NCBI RefSeq assembly: GCF_004010195.1 | Contig: NC_057720.1 | Coordinates: forward strand, 7,164,328 to 7,228,327 | Length of the DNA: 64,000 bases | DNA from: Chiloscyllium plagiosum | Taxonomy: Eukaryota | Reading direction: 5' to 3' | Part shown: one piece after another, positions 49,930 to 62,782 of the stretch | Numbering within the stretch: the stretch's first letter is position 1 | Layout: the number at the start of each line of letters is the position of its first letter | Translations under genes and position numbers: made by a program | Notes under the pieces: model-generated | The model's input: the letters and a program-made list of their open reading frames with translations, nothing else | What the model was told of the DNA's origin: nothing | The model's database searches: none

Positions 49930-51310
49930 ATGGGAAGACAAAGGTAGAAGACAGAGGGTGGTGGTGGAGGGTTGTTTTTCAGACTGGAGGCCTGTGACCA
50001 GTGGAGTGCCACAAGGATCGGTGCAGGGTCCTCTACTTTTTGTCTCTTACATAAATGATTTGGATGCGAGCATAACAGGTACAGTTAATAAGTTTGCAGA
50101 TGACACCAAAATTGGAGGTCTAGTGGACAGCGAAGAACGTTACCTCAGATTACAACAGGATCTGGACCAGATGGGCCAATGGGCTGAGAAGTGGCAGATG
50201 GAGTTTAATTCCGATANNNNNNNNNNNNNNNNNNNNNNNNNNNNNNNNNNNNNNNNNNNNNNNNNNNNNNNNNNNNNNNNNNNNNNNNNNNNNNNNNNNN
50301 NNNNNNNNNNNNNNNNNNNNNNNNNNNNNNNNNNNNNNNNNNNNNNNNNNNNNNNNNNNNNNNNNNNNNNNNNNNNNNNNNNNNNNNNNNNNNNNNNNNN
50401 NNNNNNNNNNNNNNNNNNNNNNNNNNNNNNNNNNNNNNNNNNNNNNNNNNNNNNNNNNNNNNNNNNNNNNNNNNNNNNNNNNNNNNNNNNNNNNNNNNNN
50501 NNNNNNNNNNNNNNNNNNNNNNNNNNNNNNNNNNNNNNNNNNNNNNNNNNNNNNNNNNNNNNNNNNNNNNNNNNNNNNNNNNNNNNNNNNNNNNNNNNNN
50601 NNNNNNNNNNNNNNNNNNNNNNNNNNNNNNNNNNNNNNNNNNNNNNNNNNNNNNNNNNNNNNNNNNNNNNNNNNNNNNNNNNNNNNNNNNNNNNNNNNNN
50701 NNNNNNNNNNNNNNNNNNNNNNNNNNNNNNNNNNNNNNNNNNNNNNNNNNNNNNNNNNNNNNNNNNNNNNNNNNNNNNNNNNNNNNNNNNNNNNNNNNNN
50801 NNNNNNNNNNNNNNNNNNNNNNNNNNNNNNNNNNNNNNNNNNNNNNNNNNNNNNNNNNNNNNNNNNNNNNNNNNNNNNNNNNNNNNNNNNNNNNNNNNNN
50901 NNNNNNNNNNNNNNNNNNNNNNNNNNNNNNNNNNNNNNNNNNNNNNNNNNNNNNNNNNNNNNNNNNNNNNNNNNNNNNNNNNNNNNNNNNNNNNNNNNNN
51001 NNNNNNNNNNNNNNNNNNNNNNNNNNNNNNNNNNNNNNNNNNNNNNNNNNNNNNNNNNNNNNNNNNNNNNNNNNNNNNNNNNNNNNNNNNNNNNNNNNNN
51101 NAATGAGCTGCCAGAGGATGTGGTGGAGGCTGGTACAATTGCAACATTTAAGAGGCATTTGGATGGGTGTATGAATCGGAAGGGTTTGGAGGGATATGGG
51201 CAGGGTGCTGGCAGGTGGGACTAGGTTGGGTTGGGATATCTGGTCGGCATGGACGGGTGGACCGAAGGGTCTGTTTCCATTGTGTACATCTCTATGGCTC
51301 TATGACTCCA
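49930..51310 (+). mobile_element. CR1/HER1-type LINE spanning the assembly gap
   Basis: RT motif WRPVTSGVPQGSVQGPLLF..YINDLD...KFADDTK on the left of the gap and a CR1 3' end on the right, in the same orientation. Confidence 0.9.
50217..51101. other. Assembly gap (885 N)
   Basis: Run of N. Confidence 1.
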
Positions 51311-52349
51311 TTTAATAAGAAAGTCTAAAGTGTTGAACACAGGCACTGACCTGATCCATTAATGGTGATGGCTGTTGTGTATCAGTTCATTCTCAAGGGA
51401 TTACTGGAAGAAGGTCCTGTCGATGTAACCCGTGGACCACATTAGTGGCAAGAACCCTGACCACTGAACTCAACAGCCATTCACCACTGGCCGAACACTG
51501 TGGCTGCTGATTGTACCAGGTTCTCACAACAACTCACCAAGATTATGTCAATGGGACCTCCTTCCCACATCTCCCTGCCTTGCAAAATAACAAGAGAAAG
51601 AAAAAACTGAAAACAATGATTAAGATCAGCTGACATAAGAAATAGCCAGCAACAGGAATGGCAATGCTGTGGGCCATTATCCCACTCTTCTTTGAGTCCC
51701 ACAGCATGCTGACTTGGAACATCTACAAGAATTCCAACATCCCATGCTCAAGAATGCTCTGGTACACTGAACCCATCATGGAAACAACCATCACCATGGA
51801 GTCAGCAGCACTAACAGGAGGTAGCCCAGGACGACCTTCTCAGGGCAACTAAGAGGAGATTTCACTAAGAGCAGTTTTCCAAAGTGAAAGAGGCCTGGAT
51901 AGATTCGAGGCATGAAGATCTGTTCCTGCTCATCAGAGTGGAGTGCAGATCGCTTGAGGGAGAGAGTGTCCTCTATATCTTTTTTCAGGGAAACATGAAG
52001 CAGAGGAAGCTACAGAGCAATGTGACACCATGAGCTACAAGATTAATTTTTGATTACTCCTGCAGAGAGCTGACTGAACGGACTTCTGCTATTCCTCTCC
52101 TGCGGTGACAGCACGTGCTCTGACTGCTACTTTCGACTGATCAAATGGACCACATCCATCTCGAAGGACAAGGGCAACAGGTACATGGGAACACCACCCA
52201 CTGCAAACTCCCCCCCAAAAGCCACTCACCATCCCGACTTGGAAACATATCTTTCAGAGTCGCTGGGTCAAATTCCTGGAATTTTCACTCTAAGGACATT
52301 GTGAGTCAACCCACAGTACACTGATTGCAGTGGTTCAAGAAGACAGCTC

Positions 52350-52630
52350 ATAGAACCCCTACAATGCAGAAGCAGACTATTCAGCCCGCCCTGTCCGCAC
52401 CAACCCACCAAACAGCATCACACCCCAGACCCACTCTATCCCTGTAACTTTGCATTTTCCACAGCCAATCCACCTAACCTGCACATCTTTAGACTGTGGA
52501 AGGAAACTGGAACAACCCCACACAGCCCCAGGGAGAATGCACTAAAGGCACACTGATTGTCACCTAAGGGTGGAATCCAACCCGGGTCCGTGGTGTTGTG
52601 AGGCAGCAGTGTTAACCACTGAGCCGCCCA
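52350..52630 (-). mobile_element. HE1-type SINE
   Basis: Diverged head, core and tail. Confidence 0.8.
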
Positions 52631-54203
52631 ACCCACCAACTTATGAGGGAGGAACGAGGGATGTGCAATAAATGCACACCCACCCAGTCCACACCCTGAG
52701 AACAAAGAGAAAGGTTTTACACAGCTTTCTATCTGCACCACTCCGAACTTTGTGAAATCCCCGCAAAAGTGCGCAGGGAGGCATCAGACTAGATTTCAGG
52801 GCAAGGTTGTTTGAGTGGGATTTGAACTCATAACCTTTGAACTCAGAGACAGGAATGCTATGGGCTGAGCCAACACTGAAGCCCACATGGGTGTTGCAAT
52901 GAAGCCTTCTGAAACACAGATGAAGCGATTGGCCTTGCTTGGATGATACCATGGAATGCTCCCATGGTGAGCTGGTGATATTATCGAGCCACAAACAAGC
53001 TTTAACCCACCAATGAAGCCCAGCACTGAACTCCACTCAACGACATCCATAATCTGAAATCTGCCAGGGGCAGAGATTTGCAGAAAAAGAGCAGTTGCTC
53101 ACTTGCAGTGAGGGAACAGCGGTGCACACAGGAGACGTCAAGTGGATCGGGTGGGTACAGGGGCACTAAAATTGTCTTCAGTGGGTGGGGGGCGGTGGGG
53201 GGGAGGGCAAAGGTCAAAACAAGGTTCCCAATCTGATCAAGGTGCTGACTCTGCCTCACTCTCACTGGGTGAGGAGGGGATTAGGTTTGTGACATGTTCC
53301 TTCCCGATGCTATAGCGGAACAAAGAAATAAAAGAACTTGCATTTGCATATCGCCTTTTACATTGTCAGACCAGCACAAGTGTTTTACGACCCACAGGCA
53401 GCACACTCCAAGAACAGGGACTGAGCTGTATGGCAAGTTTTTATGTTTGTAGGGCCTTTGGTTAAGGGTTAAAGGCTGGTGTGGGATCACTGGGAGAACT
53501 GCCTTGATTTTTTTCAAACACTACCAGGCCATCTTTTACATCCTAATGAGGCCTCAGTTTCACATCACATAAAGACTCTGACAGTGCAGCACACCCTCAG
53601 TACTGGCTTGGATTGGAGCACGGAGCCTTTGATATCAAGCTCACTCATAAGAAGCACAGGCAAGTCACAAGATGATTCTGGAACGACGCTAAGGAATCGG
53701 GGGGAGGGGGGGGAGACAGTGCCATAATGTAGTTATCTAGTGACCTCAACCCGCAGCTAGGGACATGGGTTCGAATCTCATAAAGGTAACAGGAAGATGA
53801 AAGTCAACATTTGGAATTGAAAATTAGTCTCAATCATCGATTGTAACACAAACCCACCTGGTTCACTAGGGTCCTTCAGATTTGCAAATCTGCCATCCTT
53901 ACCTGATCTATTCTACATGTGACTCCAGGCCCCCAGTCGACTTTAAACTGTCCTCCGAAATTGTCCAGCAAACCACTCAACTCCAGGGTAATAAGTGATG
54001 GGCAACAAATGCTGACCAGGCCAGTGATACCCACACCTCTAGCCCCTCATTCAATGAAAATGTAGCTCCCACAGGTTTAAAATTAACATTAATCAACTGC
54101 TTTTTCTGGAAGGCAATCGCACATCTTTTGTGCAGAAACATTTCTTAACCCTTCTACAGAATGGTCTGATTTTGCAGCTACATCAATTTGTCCTAGAAAT
54201 CCC

Positions 54204-54348
54204 TGAAATAATTCCACAGAGGCCAGTATCCTGTCACCGAGTCACCCGTTATTTACACGTGGAGGGTTTTTGGACCAGATTAACAGCCCCAATCAGGGAA
54301 CTCATATTCTATGACGTCCACCCGGCTGACCTTGTTATAATCACTACA
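54204..54348 (-). mobile_element. Short solo LTR with perfect 5-bp TSD
   Basis: TG at 54204, CA at 54347-54348; ATCCC at 54199-54203 and 54349-54353. Homologous to 26318-26517. Confidence 0.8.
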
Positions 54349-54582
54349 ATCCCCACTACACATTACTCCACAAGCAATAACAGAAAACATTTATTTTCAC
54401 TTCACCTGTTGCTTTTTGGGCATCTGTTGGGGGGTGAAATGCTAGTGGAATCTCTGGCTACTTCTCTAGTGGCATCTGAGCTGGGATGCCAGTTCGGCAT
54501 CTGGTCTCAATAAAAGGACCTACTACAATGTAGCACTTTACTAACAGCCAGTGGTATTATCACAGGACTGTTCATCCAGAGA

Positions 54583-54771
54583 AAGTGACGACTGCAGATG
54601 TGGAAGATCAGAGTCGAAAAGTGTGGCGCAGGTCAGGCAACATCCGAGGAGCAGGAGAGTCGGCATTTTGGGCATAAGCCCTTCACCAGGAAGATGCTCA
54701 AAATGTCGACTCTCTTGCTCCTTGGATGCTGCCTGACCTGCTGTGTTTTTCCAGTGTCACACTTTTCGGCT
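54583..54771. mobile_element. Penelope-derived family A hairpin with 15-bp TSD, inside a DeuSINE-type repeat
   Basis: CTGTTCATCCAGAGA (54568-54582) and CTGCTCATCCAGAGA (54772-54786). Confidence 0.82.
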
Positions 54772-57700
54772 CTGCTCATCCAGAGACCAAGGTAATATTT
54801 TGGGTTCGAATCCTGTCACGGAAATAGTGGAATTTGAATTCAATAAAAATTTGGAATTAAGAATCTAACAGTGATTGTGAATTGATTCTTGGGAGAAAAC
54901 CCAATTTGATTCATAGATTTGAACTGGTCTGGCCTCCATGTGATTCCAGACTGACAACAATGTAGCTGACTCTTAACTGTCCTCTCAACAATTAGAGATG
55001 GGCAACTAACCAGCAATGCCCTTGTCCCATGAATGAATTTAGGATAAAAATTGGTGTCACAAAATGGGCCTGAACGTTTGGCTCTCTGAGCCTAATATTT
55101 TTGGACATGTGTCGCATCAATAAAGGGAAGTGGATTCAAACCCACCACTATTATGATTTGGAATTTATGGGATAGATGAAGGCCATTTCGCCCAACCAAT
55201 CAGTGCTGGCTCTACTGGAGCAGCGTAAAACCAACTTCCCTCTTTCCTTGATCCTGCCACATCCCCAGTTCTTCTCCCATTTCCAATGTTTACTGATATT
55301 TCCCTCAACAAGGTGTAACCAGATTCGGCCTCCGCTATTCTGGATGATAAAGCAATCCATCTCCCACACAATGTTCACATCAGACCATCGTAAAACCATC
55401 CCGATGGCTATGGGTACAAAATGCAAAAACAGATTTGGGGAGTATGGAAACCTTAATTTTTACAAATCCAGCGAAGATCTGGATTACTGGCATATTCCAA
55501 GATTTCACTGCCTTTTTGAAGCCCGTTGAAAATAAATTATTGATATTTCCGAACATCTCACCAGCTTTGACCAAAGAGCAATTGCATCTTATACATCACC
55601 AATGTTACAATGGAGTGCCCAAAGGATATACCATCCAATAGAATTTGACACAAAGCCACATATAACAGACCTGCTGACAACATTTGGCTTCAGAATGGGG
55701 CAGTGGCTCCAACAGGAGAGCTGCTAATTTAGCAATCCCGTAGGCCCAGTGAATGTTCCGATGTTACGGTTTCAAATCCCATCATCACAGCAAGTGGAGT
55801 TTAAATTAAAAACCTGGAGTATCAGGTTAGTTTATTGCTGCAAAAGCCCAGTCAGCTCACTAATCACTTTCAAGGGCGGAATCTGTCATCTATGACTCAC
55901 AGGGATAGGGCTGACTACTACCACTTCTCTGAAATGGTCTGAGTGAGCCACTCAGTACAAGGGCCAGTAAGACCAAAAGTGGGTTGTTTGGGCCCTTGAG
56001 CCTGGCCCAGTATTCAAAAAGGATCATGGCTGATTCAACATTCCTCACGTCCACTTTCCTGCCCTTTCCCCCTAACCCTTGATTCCCTGACTGATCAGGA
56101 ATCTATCTGTGTCAGTCTTAAATAAACACAAGGACCCTGCCCCATAGTGCTCTGTGGCAAGGAGTTCCACAGACCCACAACCCTCTGAGAGAGGAAATTC
56201 CTCCTCGTTGGCTCCCCTTTATTCTGAGACTATGCCCTCTGGTCCTAGACTCTGCTGGGAGAGGGGAACCATCCTCTCAGCATTGACCCTGTCAAAAGCA
56301 TTTTCTCGTTTGACCCTGTCAAGCCCCTTTAAAATACAAAACGTTTCAGTGAGATCACCCCTCCCGAGGGATGGGCAACAAATCCAGGCTTTGCCACATC
56401 CTTGAATATGTATTTTAAGGAAAGCTTTAAGGCTCCCTGGTGAATTGGGCCTCTCACACCCTAGGAACATCTGGAGGCCATTGAACATCCACCCGACACC
56501 TTCAGGGTGATGAGGGAGGAGATGGAGGTATTTCTGGTCTGCAGCAATATGCTCTCCATTGTGAGCACACCAGCTTCTATTAATAAAGCTGCTCTGGAGT
56601 GTGCAGCAAAGTCAGGTTTTTGTGAAGGTGAAGTTTGCGTGCCTTAGCCGCAGACCTCTGCGGCTCACCCCTGGATTTCTACCAATTACAGAGACAGAAC
56701 CCTGGGGGAGGGGGGCAAAGATCAGAGGTCAGCCCGCTTTACCCTTAGCTTCCTGCCAATCAAGAACCAGAACTCAAGGGTGAAGGGCAGAGGTCAGCAG
56801 CAGCACCATTGAGTGATTACATAACCTGCATATTCCTTTAAAAAACTGAATTGCACTGCCAAAAGCCTTCACAATGCAACACATAAGGAATGTGCGTTCT
56901 CACAGGCATGCCTGCTTCATTCCAGCTGAACGGAAATCAAAAGACATCAATTGAAAAACAAACTCCTTTGTTTTCCAGCAACAGTTTCAAAATGGAAGTC
57001 AATTACTGGATGATATTTTGTATGTTCACTTTGAAGTTAATAATTGCAATATCGGATTGAGGTTGTTGTCTCAAACCTCTGTGAGGCAGAATTACAAGCG
57101 AGCGGAGGAACTGTATCCTGGTTCCTCATACGGTATATTAAGCCTGGTTTTTAGTGCTTTATCAGTAATCTTTTTAATATTTTAATACACTTCCTTTTAG
57201 AATCCACTGTGTTATGAGGCACCAGCTGGTGAACCTTGCTCTAGCAAGCTAACTGCCAAGCTGCCAACTGGTCAAGGAATATACTGCCCTCCGTGGTCTG
57301 ACCAGTGTTAGTTAATGTTTACAGTTCATGCTTTGTAATAGCATAATAAAACTCTAATCATTATAAATATTAACCACTCAATAATAGATACTTCAGCCTC
57401 GACTTTCCAAATTGGCAGTATTTTACCGAACGACAACATCTCAGAATAAGCCAACAAGAGACCTTGCTTTTAAATGGAATCATTCACATCCTCTAAACAT
57501 TGCACAGCTCTGTATGATCAACAAAATATTTCCGCACCCTGGTAAAATAGGAAATAGCACAGTCCAAAAAAAAAGTGGGGCGATTAAGGTCAGATTATCA
57601 GTTTTCAATGAGGGATAAATACCAAGCTGAACCCTGCACTTCAATGACATAGTACTATAAGATTATTGAGACCACAAGTGGGAGGGGTTGAAGCCTGGTT

Positions 57701-58907
57701 ACATGGCTTCACTCCAGCCATGCTGCATTTGAGGACCACCCTAGAATTTCTGCAATCCAGTCTGGATTGGGACTTTAACCCACGACGTTCTAACTGAGAG
57801 TATAGAGGACTACGTACTGAGCCACACCTAGACTGAGCAGCCTTGTCTGCTTCTAGACTTTAGAAGAATAATAAGAGGTCTAATTGAGGTCGATAGATGT
57901 TAAAGTGAATTACCACAGAGACATAGAAAGGATGTTTCCCCTTGTGGGGCAATCAAGAACGAGAGGTCACAGTTTGACAAAGAGGGCTAGCCGTTTTAAA
58001 ACAGTGCCGAGGAGGAATTAGTTCTCTCAGATGGTCATGAGTCTGTGCAATTCACACCCCCAGAGGGTGGTGGATGCCGGGACATTTGAGTAAATTTAAG
58101 GAGCAGATAGACAGATTTTTTTTTTCATTAGTAATGGGTTATGGAAAGTGGAGTTGAGGCTGAGATGAGATCAACCATGACTGTGTCAAATCATGGAACA
58201 GGCTCAAGGGGTGGAATGGCCTACTCCTGGTAATAATGAAAGTGCTTTCTAAATGCAAGTCTTCCTCCTGTGCACTTGATACAAGGCAAACCAAAATACA
58301 TTTGAACAGAGCTTAATAAATTATTATTTTTTTAAATTGCTTTCACATTCAGAATATTGACAAGAATCAGGTGCAATGATGGAGCTGAGCATAAAATGGG
58401 ACCCAGCAGCCTTCCATTAACTAAAAATCACTGTCTTCAATAATTAAGTGCCAAAATATAGCAACAGCTCAACCGTGTCATTTACAAAAGACTGCAACAG
58501 TGGAAATGTCCATTCAGAAAGATGAAGCTGATTTACTGCTGAACATCTATGAGCGCGTTGCAATTATTACTTTACGAGACTCCGTTTAATTAAGAAGCAT
58601 ATTTAAGCAGATGGATCCTTGCTTTGTGCAGTCTTATTTGCATTTATTTGTCGCAGTAAATCAGTATTCATGTGGCACAACGTACTTGTTAGTCTTGTGC
58701 GCTTGACAGTGGCTCATCATTTGAGTGGCTTTCTAATGTTTGATGACCTTAGATAGGAGGAGGGGAGACTGCAGAAATCACCCATTACAAGCAGTGGGCT
58801 CACGTGATTTCCACAGTAACCCTTCCTGTGCTGCCCTTATCTCCTTTCAGTTCAGCCACCAGTCTCTCCTGAGTTCTGAATTGTTTTGAGGTTGCCTGTG
58901 GAGAGGT

Positions 58908-59445
58908 GTGTGCAATTCTGGTCTCCCTGCTGTAGGAAAGGTGGTGTGAAACTTGAAAGGGTTCAGAAAAATATTTACAAAGATGTTGCCGGGGTTGGAG
59001 GATTTGAGCTACAGGGAGAGGCTGAACAGGCTGGGGCTGTTTTCCCCTGAAGCGTAGGAGGCTGAGGGGTGACCTTATAGAGGTTCATAAAATCATGAGG
59101 TGCATGGATAGTGTAAATAGACAAGGTCTTTTCCCTGGGCTAGGGGAGTCGAGAACTAGAAGGTATAGGTTTAGGGTGAGGGGGTAAGATTTAAAAGGGT
59201 AATTTTTTCATACAGAGGGTGGTGCATGTTTGGAATGAGCTGCCAGAGGAAGTTGTGGAGGCTGATACAATTCCAACATTTAAAACGTACCTGGATGGGT
59301 GTATGAATAGGAAGGGTTTAGAGGGGCATGGGCCAAATGCTGGCAAATAGGACTAGAGTAATTTAGGATTTCTAGTCAGCATGGATGGGTTCGACCGAAG
59401 GGTCTGTTTGTGTGCTGTACATCTCTATGACTCCACGGCTCTATG
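58908..59445 (+). mobile_element. CR1 LINE 3' fragment
   Basis: Same young subfamily as 777-1432, with the CTCTATGA tail. Confidence 0.9.
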
Positions 59446-60547
59446 ACAAACCGTATGACCATGTCATCCGGAAGATGCTCTCAACGTGGGCCCCACTGCT
59501 CACCACTGTTAAGTGGCAGATATTCTCTTAAGATTATTCTTCATTTAGAATCATACAGTGCAGAAGAGGCCCTTCAGCCCATCAAGTTTGTACCACCAAA
59601 GCTACACTCGTCCTACCTTTCCACTAGCCTTGACTGATTCAAGTGCACATCTGAATACGTTTTACAGCTTGCGAGGTTTCCCATCCCAACTACCCTGCCA
59701 GACCCCTGCCATCCACCAGGTGAAAACAATTTTGTTCAAATCCCCTCGAAACCTCCTGCCTTCCATTTTGAAATTATCATCGTTGATGCATTGACAAAGG
59801 GGAAACAACTACCATCCATGGCCCTGTCCATGATCCTCGTACATCTCGCATCAGGTTACCTTTCAGCGTTCTCTGCTCTGGAGAAACCAACCCGAGCTTA
59901 TCCAGCTTCTCTTCATCCCTGAAATACTCCATCCCAAGCAGCATCCTGGTGGATCTCGTCTGCACCCCCTCCATTTCAACTTCCTGCCCTCAGAGACCAG
60001 AACTGCACACAGTACTCCAGCTGCAGCCTAACCAAAGGCCGAGACAGCTTCAACATAACTTTCCTGCTCTTACTGATGAGGTAGTAAGTGTTACAGATTT
60101 TCAAGGAATCAAGGGGTATGGGGAGACAGTAGAAACACGGCATTGAGATAAAGGATCAGATGTGGGGATAGGCGATAGCCTAATGGTATTATCGCCCAAC
60201 TGTTAATGAGTGACCCAGACAGTGTTCTGGGACCTGGGTGTGAAGCCTGTCATGGCAGATGGTGGAATTTGAATTCAATTTAAAAAGGTGGGTGGGAGGT
60301 TTGGGCACTTTGTTTGCAGGGAGTGGGGGTGGTGGTTGTAGAGTACATTTGACAGTCTGTGTAGGACGGAAGGTGGTGGTGGGGAGCGCAGATACTACTT
60401 TCTCAGGTGGGGGAGGGGGTGTGCCTCAGATGGGTTAATGACACTACCCAGTTTATGTATGAGGAGAAGTTGAGTGGGTTGGGCCTGTACTGATTGGAGT
60501 TTCGAAGAATGGGAAGTGACCTGGCTGAAACATACAAGATTCTTAGG

Positions 60548-61041
60548 AGTCATGATTTGGAGATGCCGATGTCGTACTGGGGTGTACAAAATTAAAAATC
60601 ACACAACACCAGGTTATAGTCCAACAGGTTTAATTGGAAGCACACTAGCTTTCAGAGCGCTCAGAAAGCTAGTATACTTCCATTCCTGAAGAAGGGCTTA
60701 TGCCCGAAACGTCGATTCTCCTGTTCCCTGGATGCTGCCTGACCTGCTGCGCTTTTCCAGCAACACATTTCCAGCTCTGATCTCCAGCATCTGCAGACCT
60801 CACTTTCTCCTACTTCCAATTAAACCTGTTGGACTATAACCTGGTGTTGTGTGATTTTTAACTTTGTCCACCCCAGTCCAACACTGGCATCTCCGAATCA
60901 AGATCATAAGAGGCACCGATAGGGTGAATGCACTCAGTCTTTTTTCCCAGGATTGGGGAATCGAAGACAAGAGGGCATCAGTTTAAGGTTAGAGGGGAAA
61001 GAATAAAAGTGAACCTGAGGGGAATCTTTTTTACGATTTTT
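60548..61041. mobile_element. Composite insertion: family B hairpin, nested family A unit and captured CR1 flank, with 12-bp TSD
   Basis: AAGATTCTTAGG at 60536-60547 and 61042-61053, within an older CR1 fragment. Confidence 0.85.
60682..60810 (+). mobile_element. Family A unit (about 129 nt) with intact hammerhead motif
   Basis: ATTC-CTGAAGA(60686-60692)-A-GGGC-TTAT-GCCC-GAAA-CG-TC...CACTTTCTCC; TACTTCCA duplicated at 60675-60682 and 60811-60818. Confidence 0.85.
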
Positions 61042-61127
61042 AAGATTCTTAGGGGACTTGTGAAGGTAGATGTGGAAACATTATTTCCTCTTGTGGGAGA
61101 GTCAAGGACCAGAGGACATAATCTCAG

Positions 61128-61445
61128 AATCCCAGCAGCGTGGAAACAGGCCCTTCAGCCCAACAAGTCCACTGACTCCCTGAAGAGTAACCCAGCCAGA
61201 TCCATTCCCTAATATTCTACATTTACCCCTGACTAATACATCTAGCCTACACATCCCTGAACACTGTGGGCAATTTAGCATTGCCAATTCACCTAATCTG
61301 CAATCTTTGGATTGTGGGAGGAAATCAGCATCGGCACAGAGAGAAGGCACAAACTCCACACAGACAGTCACCCAAGTCCGGGATTGAACCCAGGTCCCTA
61401 GTGCTGTGAGGCAGCAGTGCTAACTACTGAGTACCTTGCCACCCA
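61128..61445 (-). mobile_element. HE1-type V-SINE
   Basis: Head, core and tail present. Confidence 0.85.
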
Positions 61446-62782
61446 ACGGTGGGTTGCAAATTTAAGGTAGAGTGAGGAGGAATTTCTTCTCTCAGAGGAC
61501 ATGAATCTGCGGAATCCTTCATTGCCAAAGGCTGTCAAGATTGGGTCATTAAAGCTGAAACAGACAGAGTTTTAATTAGTAAAGGGAACTGAGGGTTATG
61601 GGGAAAGTGCAGGAAAGTGGAGTTAAGGATGGCCAGATCAGCCATAATCTCATTGAATGACAGATCATACTCCATGGGCTGAATCGTCTACTTCTGCTGG
61701 TAGATTTTAAGGCCACCCCTTGACAAAGACAGCATCCCATTCCTTCCCAATGCTTTAAAATAACTTGTTTTATTATTGGTAGCCTGCTCCCAGCCAGGGT
61801 AAAAATATTATGACATGGGAGGAGTATTTTGGGGATTTTAACATCCTCCATTGACATTTGATTACTGGATCCATGCCATCTGGTTCAATGCCATTTTTTT
61901 CCTTACATAACCAATTTTCAGCCAAAGGCAGTGACTGGGAACCTTTCCAATCCTACGGTCTCTATGCTGGGGCAGACACACAGTAAAGTCATTACAGCCC
62001 CTTGTTCATGAAAGAGTTAACTGGCGGTGTGTTTGACCTGAGTATCACCGTAGCTCAGGAAAGGGGAAGCGGTTGAGAATGAAACGCTTTCACAGTAACT
62101 CTAGGTAGTGCAGGAATTGAACCCATGCTGTTGAACCATCGAACCGACTGAGCTATAGTGTGCGCAAACTAATTATGAGCACAGTTTCCAAGTAGGTACT
62201 TGAAACATCCGCGTCATCACAAAGATCATTCCGGTAAGGTCATGCTGAATTATATTTTCATGAGTAATGATGCAGGGCAGGTGAGTCACAACAAGTGGAG
62301 AAAGACAGAACACGATGATCAAATGTTGACATCATTTGACGGGACTCACTCAGGGATTAAGTCAGAGGTCGCAAGCAATGAAGGGGACAGTAGGGAAGGT
62401 TGAGTCTTGGTGTGCACTATGCCCTTTCACCTTTCGGCGATCCTTTCATTTTCTCCAAGTCCATCCAATACAATCACTGCTCCTGAATAGTGCCTGGCTC
62501 TTCAGAAGATTCCTCTGGATGCTGTGTGTGGTCCATTTGTAAATGTGCCTTTTCTAAATGTACTTACGATGCCACTGCACACATCAGCAAACTCTTAACC
62601 CTAGAGGTAATGAGCAATGACAAAACTTGCAATTCTCTCTCTCGCTTTTACAATTAAAACACTATGTACTAAAACTTGTCTGTTTGTAATCACTCACGGT
62701 TGTAAACCTAACCGAGCATTAAGGGACATTCAGTGCAAGAACTGTCCGATTAGTCTCGCCAGCTTGCTCTGTTATTTAATGA

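Noticed and set aside
49958..51158. Three 317-382 aa ORFs in the ORF track
   Set aside because: They are artefacts of translating through the N gap. The real residues are CR1 RT remnants.
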